Assembly: GCA_021845905.1 (NCBI GenBank)
Contig: JAJZVA010000006.1
Coordinates: 6,532-70,531, forward strand
Source: Pseudomonadota bacterium
GTDB lineage: Bacteria; Pseudomonadota; Alphaproteobacteria; Micavibrionales; UBA2020
Reading direction: 5' to 3'
Length of the DNA: 64,000 bases
A program made the translations under genes and the position numbers. The notes under the pieces are model-generated. The model saw only the letters and a list, made by a program, of their open reading frames with translations, was not told the origin of the DNA and made no database searches. Shown here piece by piece: positions 51,175-64,000 of the stretch; within the stretch, counting starts at the first letter, position 1, and every line of letters starts with the position of its first letter.

Positions 51175-51248
51175 CAGTCTCCCCCGATTCCATCATAACG
51201 CCAATCAGGGGTGGCTTTCAGTAATAAAAATTTTAACAGAATATATCT

Positions 51249-52739
51249 CTACAGGCCGCCGTGGGCGACCAGCTTGATCTCAAGATAGTCTTCGATGCCG
51301 TATTTCGAGCCTTCCTTGCCGATGCCTGAATGCTTCCAGCCCCCGAACGGCGCCTGGGGCGTGGCGATGGAGATGCTGTTGGCGCCGACCATGCCATATT
51401 CCAGCGCCTCGGAAACACGCCAGATGCGCGCCGTGTCGCGGGTGAAGAAATAAGCGGCAAGCCCGTACGACGTGTCGTTGGCCAGTTTGATGGCTTCCGC
51501 CTCGGTCTTGAACTTGAAGAGCGGCGCCAGCGGCCCGAACGTTTCTTCCCTGAAGCATTGCATCTGCGGCGTCGCGCCTTTCAGCACGGTCGGCTCGAAA
51601 AATGTCTTGCCTTTCGCATGGCGCTTGCCGCCGGTCATGAGTTTCGCGCCGTGCTCTACGGCGTCTTGCAGATGACGCTCTACTTTTTCAAGGCCTTTCA
51701 TGTTGATCATCGGGCCGACGTCGACCTTGCTTTCCAAACCGTTGCCGATCTTCATCGCCTTGACGGCGGCGGTGAACTTCATAGCGAACTTGTCGTAGAT
51801 GCCCTCCTGCACGAAAATGCGGTTGGCGCAAATGCAGGTTTGCCCCGCATTGCGGAATTTCGACGCGATCGCGGCGGGTACTGCGAGCGACAGATCAGCA
51901 TCGTCGAAGACGATGAACGGCGCGTTGCCGCCAAGTTCCAAAGACACCTTCTTGACCGTCGGCGCGCACTGCGCCATCAGCGTTTTTCCGACGGCGGTCG
52001 ATCCGGTGAAGCTGAGTTTGCGCACATGAATGTTGTCCGTCATCTCCTTGCCGATCGGCTGCGGATCGCCGGTGACGATATTGAACACGCCCTTGGGAAT
52101 GCCGGCGCGCGCCGCGAGCTCCGCCAGCGCCAGGGCCGAAAACGGCGTCAGCTCCGAAGGCTTGATCACCACGGTGCAACCGGCGGCCAGCGCGGGCGCG
52201 GACTTGCGCGTGATCATCGAGGAAGGAAAATTCCACGGCGTGATCATCGCGCAGACGCCGACGGGCTGCTTGTACGTCACCAGCCTCTGCCCGCTGTTGT
52301 CTGGCGGAATGACGTCGCCGTAAACGCGGCGGCCCTCTTCGGCCATCCATTCGACGTAACCGATGCCGCTCGTAATCTCGGAGCGGGCCTGATCGTAAGG
52401 CTTGCCCTGCTCGCTGGTCAGGATGCGGCAGAGATCGTCAAGATGCTCCGTCTGCAAGGCCGCCCATTTTCTCAAAATCGCGCAACGCTCTTCTGCGGGA
52501 ACCGCCCGCCAGACATCCCACGCCATGCGCGCCGCCTTGATGGCGATGCGCGTCTCCGCCGCGCCAAGATTGGGAACCGTGCCGAGAAGCCCGTCCGTCG
52601 CCGGATTGAAGACATCGATTGCCGCGCCCTTCGCCGCAACCCACTGGCCGTTGATGTAGGCCTGCTGACGGAACAGCCCTTCATCCTTGAGCTTGATGGC
52701 GGGCGTGTAGGATTTCTTTCTGGCGATGGAACTGCGCAT
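51249..52739 (-). CDS. gabD: NAD(P)-dependent succinate-semialdehyde dehydrogenase
   Basis: ITPWNFP, FTGSTAVG, LELGGNAP, GQTCIC, EETFGP; AAGGAG RBS before ATG 52739. Confidence 0.93.
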   Translation of the reverse strand: MRSSIARKKSYTPAIKLKDEGLFRQQAYINGQWVAAKGAAIDVFNPATDGLLGTVPNLGAAETRIAIKAARMAWDVWRAVPAEERCAILRKWAALQTEHLDDLCRILTSEQGKPYDQARSEITSGIGYVEWMAEEGRRVYGDVIPPDNSGQRLVTYKQPVGVCAMITPWNFPSSMITRKSAPALAAGCTVVIKPSELTPFSALALAELAARAGIPKGVFNIVTGDPQPIGKEMTDNIHVRKLSFTGSTAVGKTLMAQCAPTVKKVSLELGGNAPFIVFDDADLSLAVPAAIASKFRNAGQTCICANRIFVQEGIYDKFAMKFTAAVKAMKIGNGLESKVDVGPMINMKGLEKVERHLQDAVEHGAKLMTGGKRHAKGKTFFEPTVLKGATPQMQCFREETFGPLAPLFKFKTEAEAIKLANDTSYGLAAYFFTRDTARIWRVSEALEYGMVGANSISIATPQAPFGGWKHSGIGKEGSKYGIEDYLEIKLVAHGGL

Positions 52740-52901
52740 GACGTTCTCCTTCATTCAAATTTTCAGGATCTTATATTAACGTGTCAACGCAGCAGACGGT
52801 ATGATTCTAAAACAAGGCTATAAGAAAAATAGTGCATTACCGCAATACAGACTGAACCTTATGTATATTAAGGAATATGGCTACGTGGCATTCGGAAAAG
52901 T

Positions 52902-53315
52902 TTAAACGGCGGCGAGCTTCGCTTCGGCAATGGCGATATCGCGGGCAAGATCCGCCTTGGCGACGTCATCCACGGCATCTGAAGCCGCACTGCGCAATTC
53001 TTCAAGCTTTTGCTCGACTGCGACGCTGTCGATATCATTCACGTTCACCGCTTCCTCGGCGAGCACGGTGCAAAGCGCGCCCGTCACGTCGGCGACCCCG
53101 CCCGAGACAAAAATGTGCTTCATCTCGCCCGACGGGTGCTGCACGGCAATCACGCCCGGGCGCAGGCTCGATACCACCGGCGCATGATCCGCCAGAACGC
53201 CGAATTCGCCCTCGCCGCCCGGCACGACAACCATCGTCACGTCTTCCGACGCGAGGATGCGTTCCGGCGCAACCAGTTCAAACCTGAATGTTTTGCTGGA
53301 GAGCGGAGCCGTCAT
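52902..53315 (-). CDS. atpC: ATP synthase F1 epsilon subunit
   Basis: FELVAPER, PGGEGEFGVLADHAP. Confidence 0.95.
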   Translation of the reverse strand: MTAPLSSKTFRFELVAPERILASEDVTMVVVPGGEGEFGVLADHAPVVSSLRPGVIAVQHPSGEMKHIFVSGGVADVTGALCTVLAEEAVNVNDIDSVAVEQKLEELRSAASDAVDDVAKADLARDIAIAEAKLAAV

Positions 53316-53319
53316 AATT

Positions 53320-54801
<1,482 letters not shown>

Positions 54802-54805
54802 CTAT

Positions 54806-55690
54806 TTATACGGCTTCCGCGCCGGAAATAATCTCGATCAGTTCCTTGGTGATGTAGGCCTGACGCGCGCGGTTGTAGCGCAACGTCAACTTGTTGATCA
54901 TGTCGCCTGCGTTGCGCGTCGCGTTGTCCATCGCGGTCATGCGCGCGGCCTGCTCGCCCGCGGCGCTGTCGAGCAACGCGCGGAAAATCTGCACCGAGAG
55001 GTTGCGGGGCAGAAGATCCTTGAGAATCTCCTCCGCATCCGGCTCGAACTCATAAACGGCTTCCGGCTCCGCCGCCACTTCTTCGTCTTTCTCGGGCACG
55101 AAGAAAGGGATCAGCTGCGTCGACGTCGGCACCTGCGCAATCACGGACTTGAAGCGGTTGAACAACACATGACAGACGTCGAACTCGCGGCGCGCGCCCA
55201 TGTCCATGATGAAGCGCGAGACCTCCATCGCGTCGGCGAACGTCAGGCGCTTCTTGCCCAGACCTTCGAAAGTATGGATGATCTTGCTTGCGAATTCGCG
55301 CTTCAAAACATCGCGCCCCTTGCGGCCGACGCAGATGATTTTCACGTCCTTGTTCTCGTCGAGCAGTTCGCGGATTTGCGCGCGCGCCTTGCGGACGATG
55401 GAACCGTTGAAACCGCCGCAGAGGCCACGGTCGGACGTGATCACCAAAACCAAATGCGTATCCTGATTGCCTGTTCCCGCGAGCAGAAAGGGCGAACTGT
55501 CGTCGATGTTGATCTTGGCGACAAGACGGCTCAGCATGTCGAACATCTTGGTGGCGTAAGGCTGGCTTGCCTCAGCCTGGATCTGGGCGCGACGCAACTT
55601 CGACGCCGCGACCATCTTCATGGCCGAGGTGATCTTGCGCGTGGACTTCACGCTGGCGATCCGGTTTCTGTATTCCTTCAAAGAAGGCAT
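54806..55690 (-). CDS. atpG: ATP synthase F1 gamma subunit
   Basis: [30 protein letters not shown]. Confidence 0.98.
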   Translation of the reverse strand: MPSLKEYRNRIASVKSTRKITSAMKMVAASKLRRAQIQAEASQPYATKMFDMLSRLVAKINIDDSSPFLLAGTGNQDTHLVLVITSDRGLCGGFNGSIVRKARAQIRELLDENKDVKIICVGRKGRDVLKREFASKIIHTFEGLGKKRLTFADAMEVSRFIMDMGARREFDVCHVLFNRFKSVIAQVPTSTQLIPFFVPEKDEEVAAEPEAVYEFEPDAEEILKDLLPRNLSVQIFRALLDSAAGEQAARMTAMDNATRNAGDMINKLTLRYNRARQAYITKELIEIISGAEAV

Positions 55691-55691
55691 C

Positions 55692-55949
55692 TTACATCAT
55701 CTCCCAGTGAACCACACCCTTGCATGCCTTCAATTCACGCACGATTTCCTCACCGACCTTGCGTTCCACCCCTGCGAAAAACTCGCCCTCATATTCATGA
55801 CCTTGCACAACTTGCGATGGTTTCATCTTGAGGCTGCGCTTGCTGAAAACATCGCTGACCGCTTTCAAATCCGGAGCGCTAAAATCACCGCTTCTTGCCG
55901 CATCGACAAGATCTTTACGCAATCTGATAAAGAGGACGGTCTTTGACAT
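55692..55949 (-). CDS. Hypothetical 85-aa protein between atpA and atpG
   Basis: ORF fills the gap exactly, with TAA-ATG and TAA-G-ATG junctions. Confidence 0.7.
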   Translation of the reverse strand: MSKTVLFIRLRKDLVDAARSGDFSAPDLKAVSDVFSKRSLKMKPSQVVQGHEYEGEFFAGVERKVGEEIVRELKACKGVVHWEMM

Positions 55950-57497
<1,548 letters not shown>

Positions 57498-57501
57498 GGT
57501 T

Positions 57502-58095
57502 TTAAGCTACCTCTCTCTTTTTCTTTTTATCTTGCGATGCGTTTGAATTTTTCAGGGCGCGGTGCAGGCGGTCGAGCTTGGCGCGCACGGAATTGTCGAT
57601 CAGCTTGGATCCGACCTTGATGATCAACCCGCCCATGATGCTTTCATCTTTCTTCAGAACGACGGCGACCGTCTGGCCGAGGGATTTCTTCAGCGCGTCG
57701 GCGATATGCTGAACCTGCGCGTCCGTCAGGTCCTGCGCTACGATGACTTCGGCTGTAATCTCGCCCTTGCTACGTGCGATCTCCTCCAGCAATGCGGCGA
57801 CGATCCCCGCCAGCATCGGCAGACGGCGCTTGTGCGCCAGCGTGCCGAGAATCTTTCTCGTCAGCGGACTGAACGCGGCTTTTTCAGACAAGGCGGCGAG
57901 CGCCTTTTCCTGATCCGCGCGGCGCAAGGTGGGATTGTTGAGAAATTTGCGGAGATCAGCCGATTCTTCCAGCATGCCCTGCAGGGCCTTCAGATCCGCG
58001 GCGAGCGGCTCGAGCTGATTGCCTTCACGCGCAAGGGAAAAACACGCATGCGCATATCTCCTTGAAATATATCTATTTTCTGTATGGGCCGTCAA
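57502..58095 (-). CDS. atpH: ATP synthase F1 delta subunit
   Basis: [22 protein letters not shown]; TTG start. Confidence 0.95.
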   Translation of the reverse strand: MTAHTENRYISRRYAHACFSLAREGNQLEPLAADLKALQGMLEESADLRKFLNNPTLRRADQEKALAALSEKAAFSPLTRKILGTLAHKRRLPMLAGIVAALLEEIARSKGEITAEVIVAQDLTDAQVQHIADALKKSLGQTVAVVLKKDESIMGGLIIKVGSKLIDNSVRAKLDRLHRALKNSNASQDKKKKREVA

Positions 58096-58202
58096 TTCTT
58101 CCTCTTGAGGTCCTGTGGTTGATGGTCTGTTACAGAGCTTTTTTTATTTTGCCCTGCAATTAACACATAAATTCATATGTAAGCAACAAAAATAAACGGC
58201 TA

Positions 58203-58829
58203 TTATTTTACATAACCTATAATCTCTGCCAACATGGCCGACGGAGCCGTACCCGGGTCAAAAACCGTCACAAGCTTGTCATCCGGCGACATCAGGTAAA
58301 CATAGTCCGAGTGGCTTTCAAGCGACCCTTTGCCTCCAGCATAAACGTGATAGGCCTTTTCGACCGACGCGATCTCGTCCGCCGTGCCTGTCAGCCCGAC
58401 GAGATACGGGCTATGAAAACGGGACAGGTAGCGCGCCATCACCACGACGGTATCCCGCATCGGATCGACGGTAATGAACAGCGGCACGATCTTCGCCGCC
58501 TCTTGGGAGCCAAGCTTTTGCATGACGCCGTCAATCTTCTGCAAGGTCGCGGGGCAGGTATCGGTGCAATGGGTATAGCCGAAATAGACCAGCTTGTATT
58601 TCCCCGGCCACGCATTCTGCGTCACCGCCCTGCCCGTCTGATCGACGAGCGAGAACGGCCCGCCGATATGCGCCTTTGACCCGGGTTCCGGCATGGACGT
58701 CACCGCGCCTGACTCGGCGAATTTCGGCGGCGCGAAAGAAGCCCTGTGATGCGCGTGCCATATGGCGATTTCACCGCCGAGCAAAAACCCCAGCACGGCG
58801 ACGGTCAGGAATGCGAAAAAAGATTTCAT
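58203..58829 (-). CDS. SCO1/SenC family copper chaperone
   Basis: GGPFSLVD, YFGYTHCTDTCP, ITVDP.RD, GLTG, conserved His in HSDYVYL. Confidence 0.92.
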   Translation of the reverse strand: MKSFFAFLTVAVLGFLLGGEIAIWHAHHRASFAPPKFAESGAVTSMPEPGSKAHIGGPFSLVDQTGRAVTQNAWPGKYKLVYFGYTHCTDTCPATLQKIDGVMQKLGSQEAAKIVPLFITVDPMRDTVVVMARYLSRFHSPYLVGLTGTADEIASVEKAYHVYAGGKGSLESHSDYVYLMSPDDKLVTVFDPGTAPSAMLAEIIGYVK

Positions 58830-58870
58830 GGCTTTTTATACGTCCGCCGGAGCGGCGCTTCAAGTTTTGA

Positions 58871-61800
58871 TTATTTCCTGCCGTTCAGCGCCTTGACCTG
58901 CGTCTTGAGGTCGTTGACGGATTTGACGAGCGCGTTGATTTCGCCCTGCTGGCGGTCAAGCGTCGCCTGCTGTTTGGCGATCGTGACCTGCTGGGCGGCG
59001 ACCGTCTTTTCCAGCGGGTTCAGGCGGTCGAGGATGGCTTCGACCTTATGCGCCAGCGCCGTCACCTCAGACGACAATTCCTGAATGGCTCTCACGATCG
59101 GAGAAAGAAGTTCGGTATACGTCATGTGATAGAGCTTCTTGCCGGTACGGTCGCGCTCGACCATCGCCATGCTCTTGCCGTCCGGCTCGTCCTCGATCAG
59201 ATAGGTATATTTTTTGCCGAGCGCGCTTTCGACCTGCTGGGCGATGAAACCGTAGCGCAGGACATTCGGGCTGCTGTTGAGGCGGTACGACTTGGGATGC
59301 AAGCGGTTGATGAAAGCAAGGCCGAGATTGTCAGGCTTGATGTCATGCTTCTCGCGGCGGTCGGACAGCACCGTCCAGGCGACCTGTATGTTGGCCTTCG
59401 CAACGCTGGCATTGCCCAGGTCGATTTCATTGCTGGCCGTCGCGGACGACGCCGCGGAGCCGTAGCCGATGCACGTGTCATTGGCGCCCGTCGTGACGTT
59501 GGAGCAGGCGCCAGCCCCGAGCGCCGTATTGTTGCCGCCGGTGCTGGCATACAAAGCCGCCTGCCCCATTGCGGTATTGTTGCTCGACGTCGTGTTGTTA
59601 TAAAGCGCCTGCTCGCCGTTCGCCGTGTTGCTGCCGCCCGTTGTGTTGTCAACAAGAGCTGACAGCCCGGTCGCGGTGTTGTAAATTCCCGTCGTGTTGT
59701 TCAACAACGCCCACACGCCCACCGCCGTATTGCTGACGCCCGTTGTGTTGGACTGAAGCGCACTACCTCCGACCGCTACGTTATCGTTACCGGATGTGTT
59801 GGTATAAAGCGCCGAGCTACCAATCGCCGTGTTGCCAGTGCCCGTGTTGTTAGCGGGTGTGGAGCTACCTGCCAGCGCGCTCATGCCGACGGCGGTGTTG
59901 TAGCTCGTGAACGCCGTCGCGCTGGGGTTCGCATTGTACATTGCGCCATCGCCGATGGCCACACTGCCGCTGCCCGCGACGTTGCTGCCGAGCGCGCCCT
60001 GGCCGATGGCGATGTTGCTGCCGCCTATCGTATTGTTTTGCAGGGGGGTTTGATTCGCGCCGCCGCCGATGGCGACGTTGTCGCTGCCCGTCGTGTTGCT
60101 ATACAAGGTCCAGACGCCGACGGCGGTATTATCAGTACCCGACGTATTGGCGATCAGGGCCGAGTGGCCGATGGCGGTGTTGTCCACGCCGCTATTGGCA
60201 GAGGACGTGGCCCCGCCTTGCAACGCGTAGGCGCCAACAGCGGTGTTGTAGGTAATATAGCCAGCTGTTGTCGTGTTATAGGCGTTAGCCATAGCATTAT
60301 AACCCAACGCTGTGCTTTCGCTCGCCGCGTCATTGTTATAAAGCGCACCCTGCCCATCGGCTGTATTGTTGTAGCCTACCGTATTGAGATACAACGCCCA
60401 TGCACCGGACGCGGTATTCTGATATCCTGTCGTATTGTAATTGAGCGCGGCATATCCATTGCCCACATTGGCATTTCCGGTTGTATTGGCTTGGAACGTA
60501 TAAGTACCTTCGCCGGTGTTATCTCCGCCTGTCGTATTGCTGCCTAGCACCCCGAAACCAATCGCGGTATTATTGACCCCTGACGTGTTGGCATACAGCG
60601 TACTGTTGCCAACACCGACGTTGGTAGAGCCGCTTGTGTTATTCAAAAGCGACTGATAGCCAATTGCTGTGTTATCGGAACCGGTCGTATTGCTTTCCAT
60701 CGCCGAGTCGCCGATAGCGGTATTATTTGTTCCCGATGCATTGGTATAAAACGCATAAGCGCCGACGGCGGTGTTGTAGAGCGTCGCCGTCGTCGTGGGG
60801 TTGGCGGCATACATCGCCTGATAGCCGATGGCCGTGTTCTCTTGGCTGGCAAGATTGGTATACATCGCCTGATAGCCGATAGCGGTGTTGTATGCGCCCG
60901 TGGTGTTGAGATACATCGCCTGATAACCATCCGCGATGTTGTACTTGCCGGTCGTGTTGGTATAAAGCGCGCCCACGCCGTTCGCCTCATTGTAAGCGCC
61001 GGAGGTATTGTTCATCATCGCCCCGAAACCGACAGCATTGTTATTGGTGCCGGTGTTTGAGGAAGCTGTCGCACTGCCCTGCAACGCATAAGCGCCGACG
61101 GCGGTGTTGTAGCTCGTGAAGGCCGTCGTCGTGCTGTTGGCGTAGTACATAGCGTGATGGCCGACTGCCGTGGTTTCCTTGCCCGCCACGTTGCTGTAGA
61201 GCGCACCTTCACCGATCGCCGTATTGTCGTATCCTATCGTATTATTATTCATCGCATTTGCGCCGACAGTCGTATTCTGATATCCCGTCGTGTTGTTATA
61301 CAATACGCTATAACCGATAGCGACGTTGTTATACCCTGTCGTGTTGTTATAGTTGGCATACCCGCCGTTTGCCGCGTTCTGATATCCTGTCGTATTGGCA
61401 TACAACGCGCCCTTGCCGACAGCATCGTTGTAGTTTCCGGTCGTGTTCGAATAAAGCGCATCGTTACCGATCGCTACGTCTTCACTCCCCGTTGTGTTGC
61501 TTAAAAGAGAGTCATTGCCAAGTGCGTCATCATCCGTGCCGGATGTGTTTGCTGTAAGCGCTGAATAGCCGAGAGCCGTGTTTTTCGTGCCCGTATTCGC
61601 CGAAGCCGTGGTACTACCCTGCAAAGCGTATGCGCCGACGGCGGTGTTGTAGCTCGTGAACGCCGTCGTCGTACTGTTGGCGTAGTACATGGCCTCAAAA
61701 CCAAGCGCCGTGCTGCCGTTGCCCCCCACGTTGTTTTCAAGCGCATAAGTACCAACAGCCGAGTTGCCGGTGCCGATGGTGGTGTATTCAAGAGAGTTAT

Positions 61801-64000
61801 ACCCGCTTGCTACGTTAAAGCCGCCTGTCGTGCTGGAATAAAGCGCGTTCACGCCAGTTGCCGTGCTGTAATCACCGGTTGTATTGTTATTCAGTGCGCC
61901 ATACCCGAAGGCAGAATTATAATAACCGCTCGAGTTGTAAAAAAGGGCATCCGATCCGATAGCCGTGTTATTATAACCGGTTGTATTAAATTTCATCGCC
62001 CCATCGCCCATAACAACGTTGACGGAACCTGTCGTATTGTTCTGAAACGCGTTGGTGCCCACCACGGTATTGTATGTTCCCGTTCCTACGCTCGGCTTTG
62101 CTGTAGCGGCCGTACTGCCGAGGATAACGTTGTAATTGGTATAATCCGCCATCGCGTCGGAGAGGCTGTTGATGCTGCCGGCACTGCCGGAAGCATTCAC
62201 GGCGGTTGAAGTGGTCAACTGCACCCAGCTGGTGCCGTTGCAGAAATAAAGCCCGGGGGTGTTGGAGCCGCTGGTATCCGTCTCCCAGCGCACGCCGCCC
62301 GTTTCGCTCGCGGTGCAGGTTCCGCTCCCGCCCTGAACATAGGTTCCGTTCGGCACCACCAGCGCGCCCGTGCCCGCCATAACTTGCAACGTCACCGACG
62401 TATTGCCGAACACCATCTCGTTGCTGTCCGTCGCCGTCAGAGGCTGTGCGTTGTAACCGATGCAAGTATCGTTGCTACCCGACGTCACCGTGCTACACGC
62501 GCTATCGCCCAGCGCTGTATTTTGAATACCGGTGTTGTTGGCGGGCGTCGCGCTGCCTTCCAGCGCATAAGCGCCGACGGCGGTGTTGTAGCCCGTGAAA
62601 GCCGTCGACGTGCTGTTGGCGTAGTTCATCGCGTTATAGCCGATTGCCGTGCTTTCGCTCCCCGCAACGTTGCCGGACAGCGCACCCACTCCGCTCGCTT
62701 CGTTGTTGCTGCCTGTCGTATTGCCACTGAGAGCGCCCATGCCGCTCGCCTGGTTATTGCTACCTGTCGTATTGCCGTTGAGCGCCCATGCGCCGGTCGC
62801 CGTATTCTGGATCCCGGTTGTATTGGCAGTAAGAGCGGAATAACCGTCTCCGGTATTGGAATATCCCGTCGTGTTGGAAAAAAAGCTATACGCACCCGTT
62901 CCCGTATTTTGAAATCCCGTCGTGTTGCCATATAACGCGCCGCCCCCGAGCGCGGTATTGTTGTCGCCCGTCGTGTTACTATAGAGAGCGGTATTACCGA
63001 CAGCTACGTTATTGCCACCGGTGCTTTCGTTTAACATCGCGCTGGAGCCGACCGCCACGTTGGAGCCGCCTGTGGTATTGTAATCCAAAGCGTTCGAGCC
63101 GACCGCCACGTTGCCGCCGCCCGATGTGTTGTTCATCAGTGCGGAATGACCGACAGCCGTATTATATGTGCCCGTGTTGTTGGCGGGCGTCGCGCTGCCT
63201 TCCAGCGCATAAGCGCCGACGGCGGTGTTGTATGTCGTAAACGCCGTCGTGGTGTTGTTGGCATAGTACATCGCGTTATAGCCGATGGCAGTGGTTTCAT
63301 TGCCCGCAACGCTCGAATAAAGCGCATTATTGCCATACACCACGTTATGCAGGCCTATCGTATTGCCATAGGACGCCGACACGCCACTTGCCGTATTTCC
63401 GCCTCCCGTGGTGTTGGAAAAGAGCGCATTATAACCGCTTGCGACGTTGGCGTTTCCCGTCGTATTTGCCGCCAGCGCATAAGCACCGCTTGCCGTGTTG
63501 TAGCCTCCGGTTGTATTGGCATAGAGCCCGTGTATGCCGTTTGCGACATTCGAAACCCCTGTCGTATTGGTATAAAGAGCACCAGCGCCGCCTGCCGTAT
63601 TGCTATCACCCGTCGTGTTGGAATAAAGAGCGTAAAAACCGTTCGCCGTGTTGTCGTATCCCGAGGAATTGCTGTACAGCGCCTGCACGCCTTCGGCCGC
63701 GTTTTGATATCCCGTCGTGTTTTGAAGAAGCGCGCTAAAGCCGATCGCCGTATTGTTATACCCCGAAGTATCCCCATTCAACGCGTTATAACCGACGGCC
63801 GTATTGGAAGTGCCCGTGTTGTTTGCGGCAGTCGTGCTGCCCTCCAGCGCATAAGCGCCGACGGCGGTGTTGTATGTCGTAAACGCCGTCGTGGTGTTGT
63901 TGGCATTGACCATCGCGTCGTAACCGATCGCCGTGCTGCCGTTGCCCGCGGAGTTATTCAGAAGCGCATTGATGCCGACAGCGGCATTGTTATTGCCCGT
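58871..64000 (-). CDS. Large repeat fibre/adhesin with C-terminal peptidase S74 intramolecular chaperone (5' partial)
   Basis: Frame stays open to the window edge; dozens of ~14-aa NTTGxxNTAxGxxAL repeats; SDRREKHDI...GLAFI..L.P..Y...GFIAQ motif; terminal coiled coil. Confidence 0.88.
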   Translation of the reverse strand, partial: TGNNNAAVGINALLNNSAGNGSTAIGYDAMVNANNTTTAFTTYNTAVGAYALEGSTTAANNTGTSNTAVGYNALNGDTSGYNNTAIGFSALLQNTTGYQNAAEGVQALYSNSSGYDNTANGFYALYSNTTGDSNTAGGAGALYTNTTGVSNVANGIHGLYANTTGGYNTASGAYALAANTTGNANVASGYNALFSNTTGGGNTASGVSASYGNTIGLHNVVYGNNALYSSVAGNETTAIGYNAMYYANNTTTAFTTYNTAVGAYALEGSATPANNTGTYNTAVGHSALMNNTSGGGNVAVGSNALDYNTTGGSNVAVGSSAMLNESTGGNNVAVGNTALYSNTTGDNNTALGGGALYGNTTGFQNTGTGAYSFFSNTTGYSNTGDGYSALTANTTGIQNTATGAWALNGNTTGSNNQASGMGALSGNTTGSNNEASGVGALSGNVAGSESTAIGYNAMNYANSTSTAFTGYNTAVGAYALEGSATPANNTGIQNTALGDSACSTVTSGSNDTCIGYNAQPLTATDSNEMVFGNTSVTLQVMAGTGALVVPNGTYVQGGSGTCTASETGGVRWETDTSGSNTPGLYFCNGTSWVQLTTSTAVNASGSAGSINSLSDAMADYTNYNVILGSTAATAKPSVGTGTYNTVVGTNAFQNNTTGSVNVVMGDGAMKFNTTGYNNTAIGSDALFYNSSGYYNSAFGYGALNNNTTGDYSTATGVNALYSSTTGGFNVASGYNSLEYTTIGTGNSAVGTYALENNVGGNGSTALGFEAMYYANSTTTAFTSYNTAVGAYALQGSTTASANTGTKNTALGYSALTANTSGTDDDALGNDSLLSNTTGSEDVAIGNDALYSNTTGNYNDAVGKGALYANTTGYQNAANGGYANYNNTTGYNNVAIGYSVLYNNTTGYQNTTVGANAMNNNTIGYDNTAIGEGALYSNVAGKETTAVGHHAMYYANSTTTAFTSYNTAVGAYALQGSATASSNTGTNNNAVGFGAMMNNTSGAYNEANGVGALYTNTTGKYNIADGYQAMYLNTTGAYNTAIGYQAMYTNLASQENTAIGYQAMYAANPTTTATLYNTAVGAYAFYTNASGTNNTAIGDSAMESNTTGSDNTAIGYQSLLNNTSGSTNVGVGNSTLYANTSGVNNTAIGFGVLGSNTTGGDNTGEGTYTFQANTTGNANVGNGYAALNYNTTGYQNTASGAWALYLNTVGYNNTADGQGALYNNDAASESTALGYNAMANAYNTTTAGYITYNTAVGAYALQGGATSSANSGVDNTAIGHSALIANTSGTDNTAVGVWTLYSNTTGSDNVAIGGGANQTPLQNNTIGGSNIAIGQGALGSNVAGSGSVAIGDGAMYNANPSATAFTSYNTAVGMSALAGSSTPANNTGTGNTAIGSSALYTNTSGNDNVAVGGSALQSNTTGVSNTAVGVWALLNNTTGIYNTATGLSALVDNTTGGSNTANGEQALYNNTTSSNNTAMGQAALYASTGGNNTALGAGACSNVTTGANDTCIGYGSAASSATASNEIDLGNASVAKANIQVAWTVLSDRREKHDIKPDNLGLAFINRLHPKSYRLNSSPNVLRYGFIAQQVESALGKKYTYLIEDEPDGKSMAMVERDRTGKKLYHMTYTELLSPIVRAIQELSSEVTALAHKVEAILDRLNPLEKTVAAQQVTIAKQQATLDRQQGEINALVKSVNDLKTQVKALNGRK
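62532..63906. repeat. Identical direct repeats inside the fibre gene
   Basis: 59 bp identical at 62532-62590 and 63174-63232; 64 bp identical at 63201-63264 and 63843-63906. Confidence 0.85.

Noticed and set aside
58871-64000. Diversity-generating retroelement or CRISPR array suggested by the repeats
   Set aside because: Repeats are in-frame coding units; no reverse transcriptase, cas genes, repeat-spacer periodicity or obvious adenine-only mismatches

Overview
GC-rich chromosomal window from an alphaproteobacterium. Gene order and the accessory repertoire resemble Micavibrio-like or Rhodospirillales-related lineages (inference). The housekeeping backbone includes tyrosine catabolism (hppD end, hmgA, FAH), tRNA-Trp-secE-nusG, tRNA-Arg(CCG), rpmH-rnpA-yidD-yidC-engB, an aa3 cytochrome c oxidase cluster, thrC, yejABEF, a fused indolepyruvate:ferredoxin oxidoreductase, rpsU, aminopeptidase P, gabD and the F1 ATP synthase operon. 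Scattered through it is a candidate cell-contact or secretion toolkit with five parts: (1) a two-partner secretion pair whose 2586-aa passenger has CdiA-like architecture but no recognisable toxin tip or immunity gene; (2) an orphan DotA/TraY gene with a compositionally divergent middle; (3) a stand-alone 162-aa protein resembling only the helical insertion domain of the DotL/IcmO coupling protein; (4) an ankyrin gene apparently frameshifted at an A8 tract; (5) a >1700-aa repeat fibre with a C-terminal S74 chaperone. An unknown 85-aa gene sits between atpA and atpG. No integrase, transposase, CRISPR array or rRNA was seen. All family calls come from motif recognition by eye, not from database searches.
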